A stretch of DNA of 64,000 bases from Patescibacteria group bacterium (GCA_016784145.1 JADHVF010000003.1:22048-86047); one strand, 5' to 3'. Shown: positions 30,355 to 41,244, numbered from the stretch's first letter. Program-made: numbers and translations. Notes: a model not told the origin generated them from the letters alone.

Positions 30355-33060
30355 TTATAAAACATCTGCTTTTTCTATTCTTAGTTTACACTTTTTTTCT
30401 AAAATGACAATATCTCTACGAGATATTTTGCCTTCAAGTAAATATTTTGCCAGCACATTATTTATTTTATTTTGAATAACTCTACGTAATGGGCGTGCTC
30501 CAAAAAGAGGATCAAATCCTTGTTTAGCAATATCCACAAGCCCTTGTTCTGTTGTTTTGAAAATAATTCCTTTTTCTTCTAGCTGTTTTGTTAATTTATT
30601 TAACATTAATTGAGCAATTTGCTCGACTTCTTTTATTCCTAGTGGCTTAAAAACAACCACACCGTCATACCTATTCAAAAACTCTGGACGAAAATATGGA
30701 CTTAATTTTTCTCGAATTAATGTCTCTTGAATATCTAAAACTGGCGTTCCCTTACTTATTTCGTTTTGAATAAACTCTGTGCCAGCATTAGAAGTGCTAA
30801 TTAAAATAATATTATTAAATTTAATTGTTCTACCAAAAGCATCTGTTAGGCGTCCATCATCCATGACCTGTAAAAATACATTTAAAATATCTGGGTGGGC
30901 TTTTTCTATTTCATCAAGTAAAAGAAGAGAAGATGGATTTTGTCTGACTGCTTCTGTTAATTGCCCTTGCCTGTCTTGTTGTAAACTCCCTGTTAAACGT
31001 TCTATGCTTGACTTGGTTTGATATTCGCTCATATCTAATCTAATCATCTTTTTCCTGTCACCAAAATAAACATGGGCCACTGTTTTAGCAAGCTCTGTTT
31101 TACCAACTCCGGTTGGTCCTAAAAATAATAAATTAACAATCGGCCGATTAGCACTACGTAATTCTGTCCTTGCCCTCCTCAATGCAGAAGAAACCATATT
31201 GACTGCTTCGTTTTGATTTATTAAGTGTTCATGTATTTGTTCTTCTAAATTAAGTAATTTGGCTGATTCTTTGGCCGTAAGTTTTGTAACAGAGATTCCT
31301 GTTCTAGCTGAAATTAACTCAGCAACATCTTCAATTTTTACTACCGCATTCTGTCCATTTTTATTTTTAACAACTATGGCTGTTTCTTTTAATAAATTAA
31401 TTGCCTTGTCTGGTAAAAACTTTTCATATAAATATTGACTTGAAAATCTAACTGCTCCATCAATTGCCTTGTATGAAAAATATACCCCTTGTTTTGATTC
31501 TATGTAAGCTGAATGATATTCTAAAATTTGAATGGTAGTATTTTCATCTGGCTCTTTTATATTAATTTTTTGAAAAGCATTTCCAAGCTCCTTTCCTTCA
31601 ATTAGTCGCTTATATTCTGAAGGGGTTGATGTTGCTAAAACAAAAACTAAACCTGATTTAACTGCTTCTGCTAAAATCTCTGAAAGATCAAGCTCTCCTT
31701 GAGTTGTTTTAATTCCCACCATATTATGAATGTCTTTTATAAAAAGAATTATATTGCCAGACCTAGCAACCTCGCTAATAACAAATTGTAATCTTTGCTC
31801 TGCTTCTCCTTGATTAGATGCACCAGATATTAAAGCAGAAATACTTAAGTTTACTAACCGTTTGTCTTGTAAATTTTTTGGCATTTCTTCAGAAACCATT
31901 TTTCTGGCAATCCCGTTAATAATAGTTGTTTTGCCTACGCCTGGTTCTCCGACTAAAATTCCACCATTTTTGCCTGTTTGAAGAACTCTTAAAACTTCTT
32001 TTGTTTCTGCTTGCCTATCAATGCACATGCCAATACTTCTATTTCTGGCTTGCTGAGTCAAATCATAACTATATGCATCAAGGTTAGGAGTAGCAATTGC
32101 GGTATAAGAACGATTTATAGGGCCTTTTGGCTTGAATCGCGCCTTGCTAGCAAACTTACTCTGTTCCTCTCTAATTTGATTATAAACATCAATCCATAAA
32201 CAAGCGTTCTTAATATGAATCGGCTCTATTTCTATATCATAAAAAATATCCTTAACAAGTCCATCAAAACTAATCATTGATTCTAATATATCCACTGACG
32301 TCAATGAAATCCTTTGCTTGCTACCAGCTAATATATAGGCCTTTAAAATAACTTTTTTTAATTTTAAAGAATAGCTTGGGGCTTGTCCTTTTTTCTTTGG
32401 CATTTTCTTTAAAAACCTATCAATTTTTTTCTTCAAAACATTAGAACCTATACCAAGTCGATTAATAAGTGCTATCACATCCTTGGAATCCAAGTAAACG
32501 GCTAAAAGATGGATTGGCATTATTTTCTCATGCTTTAATTTCTTTGCCAAAGAATATGCCTTTTGGATAAATAAAGTAGTATTAGAAGAAAAAGCATCAG
32601 CTATTTCTATTTTAAATTTTTTATGCACCTTGTGTGTTTCATCCCAATTATCTGGAGCATTAAAATGTTTTCTAGAAGATTTTGGCCAAGATTTTTGCCT
32701 ATTTTCTTTTAAATGTTCATAAATATAAAATAAATACATGTCTGACAAAACTGAATACCAAAAAATTAATGATAAATTTTGATTAAACCCAATCAATCCG
32801 CAAGAATAAGAAATTAGTCCCTTTTCCTTTAAAAAAGCAAGTATTCCTATTATTCCAAAAACAAATAATAAAAAAACAACTATTATTCTTGATATTTTCT
32901 TGATCCAGAAATAAAATATATCTCCTTGTTTAAAACTTTTTTTAAAAAATAACACATAGCCACCAAACCAAACATAGGCGCCGATACCAAGACATTGCTT
33001 GCACTTATTTGACTGCTTAAATCCAGTCCCGCTACATTTAGGACAAATAATATAATTCAT
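30355..33060 (-). CDS. Membrane-anchored Clp/Hsp100 AAA+ ATPase with an N-terminal Zn finger
   Basis: CxxCxGxG twice, TM segments, Clp-N, GEPGVGKT, GPTGVGKT, LDEIEKAH, GARPLRR. Confidence 0.9.
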   Translation of the reverse strand: MNYIICPKCSGTGFKQSNKCKQCLGIGAYVWFGGYVLFFKKSFKQGDIFYFWIKKISRIIVVFLLFVFGIIGILAFLKEKGLISYSCGLIGFNQNLSLIFWYSVLSDMYLFYIYEHLKENRQKSWPKSSRKHFNAPDNWDETHKVHKKFKIEIADAFSSNTTLFIQKAYSLAKKLKHEKIMPIHLLAVYLDSKDVIALINRLGIGSNVLKKKIDRFLKKMPKKKGQAPSYSLKLKKVILKAYILAGSKQRISLTSVDILESMISFDGLVKDIFYDIEIEPIHIKNACLWIDVYNQIREEQSKFASKARFKPKGPINRSYTAIATPNLDAYSYDLTQQARNRSIGMCIDRQAETKEVLRVLQTGKNGGILVGEPGVGKTTIINGIARKMVSEEMPKNLQDKRLVNLSISALISGASNQGEAEQRLQFVISEVARSGNIILFIKDIHNMVGIKTTQGELDLSEILAEAVKSGLVFVLATSTPSEYKRLIEGKELGNAFQKINIKEPDENTTIQILEYHSAYIESKQGVYFSYKAIDGAVRFSSQYLYEKFLPDKAINLLKETAIVVKNKNGQNAVVKIEDVAELISARTGISVTKLTAKESAKLLNLEEQIHEHLINQNEAVNMVSSALRRARTELRSANRPIVNLLFLGPTGVGKTELAKTVAHVYFGDRKKMIRLDMSEYQTKSSIERLTGSLQQDRQGQLTEAVRQNPSSLLLLDEIEKAHPDILNVFLQVMDDGRLTDAFGRTIKFNNIILISTSNAGTEFIQNEISKGTPVLDIQETLIREKLSPYFRPEFLNRYDGVVVFKPLGIKEVEQIAQLMLNKLTKQLEEKGIIFKTTEQGLVDIAKQGFDPLFGARPLRRVIQNKINNVLAKYLLEGKISRRDIVILEKKCKLRIEKADVL

Positions 33061-33063
33061 AGA

Positions 33064-33420
33064 TTAAAATAAAATAATAATTTGAATAACAACTATTATT
33101 GGCAAAATTATCCAGCCAATCAGCAAAAATAACTTAAAAAATGTTCCTAATAAAAATAAAAAAATGCGCCAACATAAAAGAATTAAACGCATGAAAAAAC
33201 TGATTATTCTGCCTGACTTTGTGCTTTGCCCAAACATTGGCTTGAAAAGATATTTAAACATAATCCCTAGCGCAAGATTATGTGCAAGGCCTTTTGTACT
33301 ACGAATAAACCATAAAAATCTTCTTTTTAATCCACTTGTATACCACCAAAAAGGAAAATACAAAACACTCTGAATGCTGTCTAAAAATATAGATTTAATA
33401 ATAGATGTCATTAAAAGCAT
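33064..33420 (-). CDS. Hypothetical membrane protein
   Basis: Hydrophobic ORF (YFPFWWY) tightly linked to the Clp ATPase. Confidence 0.7.
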   Translation of the reverse strand: MLLMTSIIKSIFLDSIQSVLYFPFWWYTSGLKRRFLWFIRSTKGLAHNLALGIMFKYLFKPMFGQSTKSGRIISFFMRLILLCWRIFLFLLGTFFKLFLLIGWIILPIIVVIQIIILF

Positions 33421-33431
33421 ATAAAAAATAT

Positions 33432-33692
33432 TTATCTTGCTACAGGAGCAGAGACTATTTGCTTTTCTTTTAATGAATTATCTTGGACAATCATTTTTTT
33501 GTCAGTAATAGACAAAACTTGAATTTTATTAATTATTAAACTACCTTTAAATAAATTTTTAATAAAATTACTACTCTTCACTATATAATTCAACAAATCG
33601 CCGTCTTTGTCAAACTCGACATCAATAATTTTTCCTAAATAATTGGCTGATTCTGTGTAAACTGGTAAATTTATAATTTTTTCTAATTTCAT
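33432..33692 (-). CDS. PRC-barrel domain protein
   Basis: LPVYTES.YLGKIIDVEFD. Confidence 0.8.
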   Translation of the reverse strand: MKLEKIINLPVYTESANYLGKIIDVEFDKDGDLLNYIVKSSNFIKNLFKGSLIINKIQVLSITDKKMIVQDNSLKEKQIVSAPVAR

Positions 33693-34366
33693 ACATTAGA
33701 ATGTGAAAAAATAATTTTTTGCTCTAAAATACTTACAAAAATTCCTATTAACCAATATAACAACAAGGCACTTGGCATGCTAACACCGATAAAAAGAGTT
33801 ATCATTGGCATCATAAATTTCATTTGCTTATTCATGCTGGCCATCATTGATTCGTCTTTAGCTCCTTTTTTATTAGCTATATTCGTAGGAGGTTGCTTGT
33901 TTGATATCATCTTAGTTTGCCAATATTGAAATATTGCTGTAATTACAGCAATATAAATATTTGGCTCTGCTAGGTTTAAAATACCGAAACTAACTGGATT
34001 TAATGTATCTGGAATAGTTCTAAAAACCTTAAAAACAGCAATCAAAACAGGTAGTTGAATTAGAATTGGTAAACAAGAAGCAAAAGGATTAACTTTGTTT
34101 TCCTTATAAAAATTCATAATTGCCTGAGACTGCTTTTGCTTGTCTTTTGAATGCTTTTGCTTGATTTCTTCTAATTTCGGTTGTATTTCTTTTAAAGATT
34201 TTTGTGCTTTAACTGATTTTATAGAAAGAGGCAAAAGAAATGCCTTAATTATTAATGTCAAAACAATAATTGCTATTCCGAGATCATTCCATGGAGAAAA
34301 ATTATATAGAAACACCAACAACTTAAGCAATGGTTCATAGAGAAGAATATTGAATAGATCAGACAT
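33689..34366 (-). CDS. yidC: Membrane protein insertase YidC/Oxa1
   Basis: GIAIIVLT, QPKL, NPFASCLPILIQLP, LYW. Confidence 0.93.
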   Translation of the reverse strand: MSDLFNILLYEPLLKLLVFLYNFSPWNDLGIAIIVLTLIIKAFLLPLSIKSVKAQKSLKEIQPKLEEIKQKHSKDKQKQSQAIMNFYKENKVNPFASCLPILIQLPVLIAVFKVFRTIPDTLNPVSFGILNLAEPNIYIAVITAIFQYWQTKMISNKQPPTNIANKKGAKDESMMASMNKQMKFMMPMITLFIGVSMPSALLLYWLIGIFVSILEQKIIFSHSNV

Positions 34367-34393
34367 AAACTAATATTTTTTAATAAAAAATTA

Positions 34394-34630
34394 TTATGGT
34401 TTATCGTTTCCTCCGTCAGACCAAGGATGACATCTAAAGATTCTACCAGCTGCTTTTAGTCCTCCTCTTATAACCCCATATTTTTTTACTGCTAAATAAG
34501 CATACTCTGAGCAGGTAGGTTGGAACTTACATATTCCCGGACCATGATAAAAAAAAGATAACAATCCTTGATCAATAGAAAATATTTTTTGATAAAAACG
34601 AATTATTTTTAAAACAATGAATTTAATCAT
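34394..34630 (-). CDS. yidD: Membrane protein insertion efficiency factor
   Basis: [15 protein letters not shown]. Confidence 0.95.
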   Translation of the reverse strand: MIKFIVLKIIRFYQKIFSIDQGLLSFFYHGPGICKFQPTCSEYAYLAVKKYGVIRGGLKAAGRIFRCHPWSDGGNDKP

Positions 34631-34967
34631 TAATTAATTTTTTCTTTTTTAAAATATTTAAAAAATTATTTTTAACTTCTGCATAAGTTAAATCCTTTAT
34701 TCCTTGCCTAGTTAAAATTAAAAAATCAAAACCTGATTTTATCTTACTTAAATCTTCTCTTATAATCGATCGAAACATTCTTTTTATTTTGTTTCTAATT
34801 ACAGCCTTTTTATCCACTTTTAAAGAAACAACAACTCCAAAACGAGAATGCTCTAATTCGTTTTTTATCCATTTAATTCCAAAACTTTTAAGAAAAAATT
34901 TATCACCTTCTTTTGAAACCTTTGTAAAATCTTTATTTTTCCTTAAACGATAAACTTTGGGCAACAT
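34623..34967 (-). CDS. rnpA: RNase P protein component
   Basis: [25 protein letters not shown]. Confidence 0.93.
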   Translation of the reverse strand: MLPKVYRLRKNKDFTKVSKEGDKFFLKSFGIKWIKNELEHSRFGVVVSLKVDKKAVIRNKIKRMFRSIIREDLSKIKSGFDFLILTRQGIKDLTYAEVKNNFLNILKKKKLIND

Positions 34968-34976
34968 AATAAGGCC

Positions 34977-35114
34977 TTAGACAGTTAATTTTGCTCTTTG
35001 TTTAAGTCTTCTATTTTTTAGAATCTTCTTACCTGCTTTTGTTTGCATTCTTTTTTTGAATCCATGTTTTTTGTTTCTTTTTCTTTGGTTAGGTTGATAT
35101 GTTCTTTTTGGCAT
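34977..35114 (-). CDS. rpmH: 50S ribosomal protein L34 (not in the ORF track)
   Basis: Manual translation [45 protein letters not shown]. Confidence 0.97.
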   Translation of the reverse strand: MPKRTYQPNQRKRNKKHGFKKRMQTKAGKKILKNRRLKQRAKLTV

Positions 35115-35161
35115 ATTCTTAGTATATAATAAATTAATATTTATAACAATAATCAAATTAA

Positions 35162-36679
35162 TTATCTTGCATATTCTGTGATTCTGTTTTCTCTAATTAC
35201 TGTTACTTTTATTTCTCCTGGATATTTTAACTCCTCTTCTATTCTTTTACTAATTTTTTGAGCCATTTTACCAGCTATTAAATCATCAATTTCTCCTGAC
35301 TTTACAAAAACCCTTAACTCTCTACCTGCTTGAATTGCATAACTTTTTTCAACTCCTGGAAAAACTTTGGCTATTTCTTCTAATTCTTTTAATCTTTTAA
35401 CATACTTTTCATAGCTATCTCTTCTTGCCCCTGGCCTTGAACTTGATATAGCGTCAGCAACCTTAACAATCACCCCCTCTAAAGTTGAAGGGTGGTCATC
35501 ATGGTGCTCCATTGCAGCCGTAATTATTTTTTCCTGTATGTTATATTTTTCTGCTAGATCTTTCCCTAATTCTGTGTGTGTTCCCTGAATCTCAAAGTCA
35601 ATTGCCTTGCCAATATCGTGAATTAATCCTGCCTTTTTAGCAATGGCAACATTTGCTCCTAATTCTATGGCTAGCATTTCTGACAAATTTGCCACCTCAA
35701 TAGAGTGAAGCAAAACATTTTGCCCATAGCTTGTTCTATATTTTAACCTACCAAGAGCTTGAATAATTTTAGCATTAAGTCCGGCCACTCCTGTTTCTTG
35801 AACAGTTGCTTCCCCTGCTTTTTTTATTTCTTTAGCCAACTCTTTTTTTGTTTGAGAAATTACACTTTCAATACGAGCTGGCTGAATTCTCCCGTCTAAA
35901 ATTAATTTTTCAATAGAGAGCTTTGCTAATTGTCTCCTAATTGGATTAAAGGAAGATATAATTATTGCCTCTGGAGTATCGTCAACAATCACCTCCACTC
36001 CTGTAAGTTGTTCTATTACCTTTATGTTTCTTCCTTCTCTTCCTATGATGCGCCCCTTCATCTCGTCAGAAGGCAACAAAACAGTCGAAGATGATCTTTC
36101 TGAGAAATGAGACATATCCATTCGTTCCATTACATCAACCATTAATTGCTTTGTCTGTTTTTCAATTTCTTCTCCTCCTTCTTGTTTTAATTTTTTAATC
36201 CTCAAAAGCAAGTCATCTTTGAACTCTTTTTCTATTGAATCAAATAAAAGATCTTTTGCTTCTTGTTTGTTTAATCCTGAAATTTTTTCTAATTTAGCTT
36301 TTGCTTCTCTGTAAAGCTCTCTGACTTTGTCCTTTGCTCCTTCTATTTTGTTTAAATCAACAGAAATTTTATTTTGTTTTTTGTCTAATTCTAAAATCTT
36401 TTTTTCAAAAAGTTCTCTACGTTGTTCTAATCTATTTTCTAGCACCTTTAGCTCTTCTCTTCTTTTTGTTTCTTCTTTTTTACTTTTTTCAGCAAACTTT
36501 AAGGAATCTTCTCTAGCACTAAAAAATATTTCCTGCTGTTTTACCTTTGCTTTGGTTAAAATATTTTTTGCTCTTGTTTCTGCTGATGATATTGTTTTTT
36601 TACTTATTTGTTTACGTAAAAACCACCCAATTAAAAAGCTAAAAACAATTGCAATTAAAACGAAAATATAATAATTCAT
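35162..36679 (-). CDS. rny: Ribonuclease Y
   Basis: N-terminal TM and coiled coil, [12 protein letters not shown] (KH), SYGQNVL, HDIGK. Confidence 0.97.
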   Translation of the reverse strand: MNYYIFVLIAIVFSFLIGWFLRKQISKKTISSAETRAKNILTKAKVKQQEIFFSAREDSLKFAEKSKKEETKRREELKVLENRLEQRRELFEKKILELDKKQNKISVDLNKIEGAKDKVRELYREAKAKLEKISGLNKQEAKDLLFDSIEKEFKDDLLLRIKKLKQEGGEEIEKQTKQLMVDVMERMDMSHFSERSSSTVLLPSDEMKGRIIGREGRNIKVIEQLTGVEVIVDDTPEAIIISSFNPIRRQLAKLSIEKLILDGRIQPARIESVISQTKKELAKEIKKAGEATVQETGVAGLNAKIIQALGRLKYRTSYGQNVLLHSIEVANLSEMLAIELGANVAIAKKAGLIHDIGKAIDFEIQGTHTELGKDLAEKYNIQEKIITAAMEHHDDHPSTLEGVIVKVADAISSSRPGARRDSYEKYVKRLKELEEIAKVFPGVEKSYAIQAGRELRVFVKSGEIDDLIAGKMAQKISKRIEEELKYPGEIKVTVIRENRITEYAR

Positions 36680-36754
36680 ATAATTTTATTTTTTATTAAA
36701 ATTAAAAACCAAGACCTTTAAGTCCGGCTTTTTATTAAAATGTTTTAGCAAAAA

Positions 36755-37330
36755 TTACTTTATAATTTTGTCAATCAATCCATATTTCTTAGCTTGAACA
36801 GCAGACATAAAAAAATCTCTATCAATATCTTTTTGAATTTTGCTTATTTTTTGTCCTGTGTGTTTAGCTAAAATTTTATTAAGATTGTCTCTTATTTTTA
36901 AAATGTGCTCAGCTCTAATCTTAATATCAGATGCTTGTCCTTGTGTTCCACCCATTACTTGGTGTAACATTATTTCTGCATTAGGCAGAGCACAACGCTT
37001 TCCTTTACTTCCTCCTGACAGCAGAACTGCTCCCATAGAAGCTGCAATTCCAATACAAATAGTCATTATTTTTGGTTTAATGTATTGAATTGTATCATAA
37101 ATAGCCATGCCAGCTGTTACTGATCCTCCTGGACTATTAATATAAATTTTGATGTCTTTTTTTTCGTCTTCGCTTTCTAAAAATAAAAGTTGAGCTATTA
37201 TAGTATTCGCCAAACCATCTGTAATTTCATCTCCAAGAAAAATAATTCTTTCTTTCAAAAGCCGGGAATAAATATCATAAGCCCGTTCTCCGGTAGAAGA
37301 CTTTTCTACAACTGTTGGAACGAGATGCAT
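36755..37330 (-). CDS. clpP: ATP-dependent Clp protease proteolytic subunit
   Basis: [24 protein letters not shown]. Confidence 0.98.
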   Translation of the reverse strand: MHLVPTVVEKSSTGERAYDIYSRLLKERIIFLGDEITDGLANTIIAQLLFLESEDEKKDIKIYINSPGGSVTAGMAIYDTIQYIKPKIMTICIGIAASMGAVLLSGGSKGKRCALPNAEIMLHQVMGGTQGQASDIKIRAEHILKIRDNLNKILAKHTGQKISKIQKDIDRDFFMSAVQAKKYGLIDKIIK

Positions 37331-37399
37331 ACTTATATTAGTTTAAAGTTTATTTATTATGTTAATATTATAATATTATAAAATACATTAGTCAAGAAC

Positions 37400-37423
37400 A
37401 ATGGCCCTGTTTTCAGGGCCATT
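37400..37423. terminator. GC-rich hairpin after the ORFan stop
   Basis: AATGGCCCTG-TTTT-CAGGGCCATT. Confidence 0.65.
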
Positions 37424-37427
37424 ATTT

Positions 37428-38372
37428 TTACAACTCTACAATTGGACGGAATGAAACATCTGCTCTATTTAAAACTCTTCTTTGACAATCAATATTAGTT
37501 AATCCGCCATAAACAGAACTCCCACCAAATCCTTGGATGCTTTTATTCCCCTTAAACCTTTCTTCATGCCAGACAAAAGTATCTGTATTTTTGTCTTCCC
37601 TTCTGGGCATATATGAATAAAGTTGGGGGATTATATTTGCTTCAATTACTCTTTCTAAGCGGATTTGATTTTTGGCAATGCCTATTTTTTTTGCCAAACG
37701 AGGCCTAATGGATTCATCAAATTCACGAGCAGAAATACCAAACCTTGACATTTTTGGAACATATTTATCATATGGCGTTATTTCGTTCTTATGTCTTAAC
37801 TTAGAAATAATATACCCTAACAAATTGTCATTTTCATAAATTTGTTTATTTTGTCTTCTGCGATTGGGTTTACACCTGGTATCGATTAAAACAACATTAC
37901 CATTGTTCTCCCCAAGCAGCAAGGCATTTGCTTCTATAAATTCATCAAATGACCTTCTTAGTATCTTTGCTTGTTTATTTTGAGAATAAAACCATTTACT
38001 TGGTTTAATTTTCCATCCTGGTAAATCATTATGGATTGACAAATCAATTGCTGGCAAGAAATGTGGCTCTAGTCCTATTCTTCCCCATTTTACAATTTTT
38101 TTAACTCCATAATATTCAATTGTTTCAGCAAACATATCTAATCTTGGATTTGTGCCAAAAAATTTAAAATGATGTCTTCTTTCTGCTTCAACAATCTCAT
38201 CTACCCATTCAGTGCTTCTTGGCTTGACTGAATGTCCTTCAATTATCAACTGCAAGGCATTAAGCACTTTGTCTGGATTTAGTAAATTTTTACGAAATCG
38301 AAACTGCAGTTCAAATAATTTATTGTAGAATTGGACTTTTTGTTTGTCAGCAACAACCTTTTTAGTCGTCAT
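37428..38372 (-). CDS. Hypothetical protein with a CLec/DGR-target-like C-terminus
   Basis: SD AAGGAGG, own promoter; ends GG..YGGL....R...SFRPIV. Confidence 0.7.
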   Translation of the reverse strand: MTTKKVVADKQKVQFYNKLFELQFRFRKNLLNPDKVLNALQLIIEGHSVKPRSTEWVDEIVEAERRHHFKFFGTNPRLDMFAETIEYYGVKKIVKWGRIGLEPHFLPAIDLSIHNDLPGWKIKPSKWFYSQNKQAKILRRSFDEFIEANALLLGENNGNVVLIDTRCKPNRRRQNKQIYENDNLLGYIISKLRHKNEITPYDKYVPKMSRFGISAREFDESIRPRLAKKIGIAKNQIRLERVIEANIIPQLYSYMPRREDKNTDTFVWHEERFKGNKSIQGFGGSSVYGGLTNIDCQRRVLNRADVSFRPIVEL

Positions 38373-38526
38373 AACAAACCTCCTTTTCTTTTTTTTAATG
38401 AGCTAATCATAAATAACCATTGGTTATTTATGGCTATAACCCTGTATTATAGCCTCTTTAGTATATAAAATCCTGGCAATTTGTCAATATTAAAAAAGGA
38501 GCCCTTTGCTGGACTCCTTTTGATTT

Positions 38527-38712
38527 TTATTTTTTACAAACAGAGCTAGTTAATGTCAATGGATTAACAAATTCTTCAAAAAAAGGAGATGGATGGTCCT
38601 TAATTTCCTGTCTTATCTTTTCCTGCTCTTCTTTTGTCAGTGCTGCTAATTGTCTTAAAACATTATCATTATCTTTTAAAATTTTTCCCTGCTTGTTCTT
38701 TCTTGCTCTCAC
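38527..38712 (-). CDS. Small hypothetical protein (GTG start after AAGGAGG)
   Basis: SD at about 38718-38724; terminator at 38493-38521. Confidence 0.5.
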   Translation of the reverse strand: MRARKNKQGKILKDNDNVLRQLAALTKEEQEKIRQEIKDHPSPFFEEFVNPLTLTSSVCKK

Positions 38713-38786
38713 ATTATCCTCCTTGTTTATATTTCTAAGAAAAGTAAACAGCACAATGCTATTTACTTTTTTTAGTTTATCAAAAT

Positions 38787-39299
38787 CTATACTTTTGTCA
38801 ACCTTTTATAAGATTCTATTGCCTGAATAACGTTTTTAAAAGCAAATTTTTTTGGGAGACTGTCAAGATTAACCCATTTTACACTCTTAACATCAGATGC
38901 TGGAATTATATTCCCTTTTGTTATTTTTGATAGATAACAAACATTTAAAGTGTATAAATCTTTGCCAGCAGATAGATATTTATCAATAAAAAATCCTATT
39001 ATTTTATCTAATTTTATTTCTACTCCTAACTCTTCCTTAACTTCTCTCTTAATGCCAGTTTTTGGATGTTCTCCTTCTTCTAAAAAACCGCCCGGCAAAT
39101 CCCAAAAACCCTTATATGGATCAATTCCTCTTTTTGTTAATAAAATTTTATCTTGTTTGACAATAATAGCAGTAACACATGGTCTTGAATTTTGATAAAA
39201 AAATAAATCACACCTATTACAATATTGCCTTGATGCTTTTTCGTGATTTATTTTCTTAACAAGCTTGTTGCCGCACTTTGAACAAAATTTATAAAACAT
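38787..39299 (-). CDS. NUDIX hydrolase with a Zn ribbon
   Basis: FCSKCG...CNRC; Nudix box GGFLEEGE...REVKEELG. Confidence 0.92.
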   Translation of the reverse strand: MFYKFCSKCGNKLVKKINHEKASRQYCNRCDLFFYQNSRPCVTAIIVKQDKILLTKRGIDPYKGFWDLPGGFLEEGEHPKTGIKREVKEELGVEIKLDKIIGFFIDKYLSAGKDLYTLNVCYLSKITKGNIIPASDVKSVKWVNLDSLPKKFAFKNVIQAIESYKRLTKV

Positions 39300-39388
39300 T
39301 AAAAAAATATTTAGCTTTTATTTCCCTAATTTTCATATAATATCAGTTATTGATTTGAATTTTATAATCTTTTGCCTCCAGACAAAAA

Positions 39389-39473
39389 CGGAGAGGGAGG
39401 GATTCGAACCCTCGATACCTTGCGATATACTGGTTTTCGAAACCAGCGCCTTCAACCACTCAGCCACCTCTCC
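39389..39473 (-). tRNA. tRNA-Ser(CGA)
   Basis: Minus strand GGAGAGG...CTGGT-TTCGAAA-ACCAG, long variable arm. Confidence 0.95.
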
Positions 39474-39514
39474 TTAATTTTATTTAAATTATATTTTTTC
39501 GTAAAACCTTCTAT

Positions 39515-39903
39515 CTACTTAATTTTCTACTTAGGTCTACTTAGGGGCAAGGCCTCTAAGTAAAACTCTCAGTGAGGTAGTTGATTATTGATTATTGATT
39601 ACTAATTACTGATTATTGATTACTGATTATTGATTTCTATTCTACTTAGGGGCAAGGCCTCTAAGTAAAGACATAAGTCAAGAAAAGCAAGTATTAACAC
39701 CAAAACCTCATCCTGTTCCTCGACCAAAACCTGACTTAGGGGCAAGGCCTCTAAGTGAGGTAGTTGATTATTGATTATTGATTATTGATTTGTACTCTAC
39801 TTAGGGGCAAGACCTCTAAGTGAGGTAGTTGATTATTGATTACTGATTATTGATTACTACTCTACTTAGGGGCAAGACCTCTAAGTGAGAGTAAGTGAGG
39901 TAA
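39515..39903 (-). repeat. Mosaic hairpin/heptamer repeat array C (reverse orientation)
   Basis: CTACTTAGGGGCAAGGCCTCTAAGT at 39537, 39642, 39734 (partial), 39797 and 39862; TGATTAT linkers; one unique insert. Confidence 0.95.
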
Positions 39904-39966
39904 TTCAGGGAATCAATCCTCTTGTCAACTCTTGTCAGGGCCTAATACTAACATTCTATATCAGTG

Positions 39967-41244
39967 TCAATGTTCAGTGTTCAAGGATTGTTTTAAAAAT
40001 ATTACTAAAGCTATTAAGAACCAAAATAAAACTGCCAAATCATTCTTAAAATATGGCGTATCGACTAATCCATGAACAAGAACAACTAACATTGCTCCCA
40101 TAACACTTAATGCATATATTTCTTGTTTTTTTATGCATTGCCAAGCATTATGCCAAAACATTATTATTATAAATATAAATAGCAACCAACCGAGCAGGCC
40201 TATTTCTGACCACAAACTTAAAAATAAATTATGTGGATATGGATGTGTTTCAACTGAAATCAATTCGTTTGTGTCTGGATGATAATACCTTGCTTGAAAA
40301 TCAGGAATTAGTGTTTGATAACCACTTAGCCCTACCCCAATGACTGGGCTAGTTTTTAATAAACTAATTGCTCCTTGCCAGATATTAATTCTTAATTGTC
40401 CTGATAAATCATTAAAAAAAACTTTGGAAATAATATAATTATTAATTGGAGCGACAACTACAAATAATAAAACTCCAACAAGTAAAACGCTAACAACTAT
40501 TTTGCGAGATTGCCTGTGCATTAAGCCAATAAAAATAATTCCTGCCAGTGCTCCAATAATCGCTCCTTCTGATCGAGCAAAAATTAATGCTAAAAATGAA
40601 AATATTAAAAATATTACACCAAACAAAGAGTACAATCTTTTTAATTGAAAAAAATTAAAAACTATTAATCCAAAACTCAAAGCAATGATAGGTCCGAGCC
40701 AAAGTCCTAAAAAATTAGGATGAGGGAAAGGTCCGGTTACTCTTAATACCTGCGATGCCCCCCAAGCCTCTGTGCTTAAAACGCCTGTGCCAGTGATTTT
40801 CTGAAACAAAGCATAAATTGAAATATAAAATCCTGAGAAAACTAAAGAAAGTAAAGCAAAATTAAAATCTTGCTTATTTTTTATCAAAGCCAGAAATATT
40901 ATGACTAATAAAATTGGCTCTAAAAAATAGGCCTTCCAGATACCGGCCCCAGCCCGTAAATCAGGAGCTACAAAAATTGAGATTAATGATATTAACAACC
41001 AAGCCAACATTAAATAGGCCCATTTATCCAGTATAAAATAAACTTTTTTTACTTGGATTATTTTTTTTATTAAACAAACTATAAATAAAATCAAAATCAT
41101 TACCTCTAAAAAAGTCATTGGGATGGCTAAAAGCTCAAACCTAATTTGATAACTTGGAATAAAAACTAATAAACAAAACAAAGCATATTTTGGCTTAACC
41201 CAGGCAAAGATACTGTAAATTGTTGATATTAAAATATAAATCAT
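39967..41244 (-). CDS. O-antigen ligase/polymerase family protein
   Basis: RVTGPFPHPN, RSEGA, PHNLFLSLWSEIG. Confidence 0.88.
   Translation of the reverse strand: MIYILISTIYSIFAWVKPKYALFCLLVFIPSYQIRFELLAIPMTFLEVMILILFIVCLIKKIIQVKKVYFILDKWAYLMLAWLLISLISIFVAPDLRAGAGIWKAYFLEPILLVIIFLALIKNKQDFNFALLSLVFSGFYISIYALFQKITGTGVLSTEAWGASQVLRVTGPFPHPNFLGLWLGPIIALSFGLIVFNFFQLKRLYSLFGVIFLIFSFLALIFARSEGAIIGALAGIIFIGLMHRQSRKIVVSVLLVGVLLFVVVAPINNYIISKVFFNDLSGQLRINIWQGAISLLKTSPVIGVGLSGYQTLIPDFQARYYHPDTNELISVETHPYPHNLFLSLWSEIGLLGWLLFIFIIIMFWHNAWQCIKKQEIYALSVMGAMLVVLVHGLVDTPYFKNDLAVLFWFLIALVIFLKQSLNTEH

Noticed and set aside
39372-39563. 63-aa ORF
   Set aside because: Antisense reading of tRNA-Ser plus repeat sequence.
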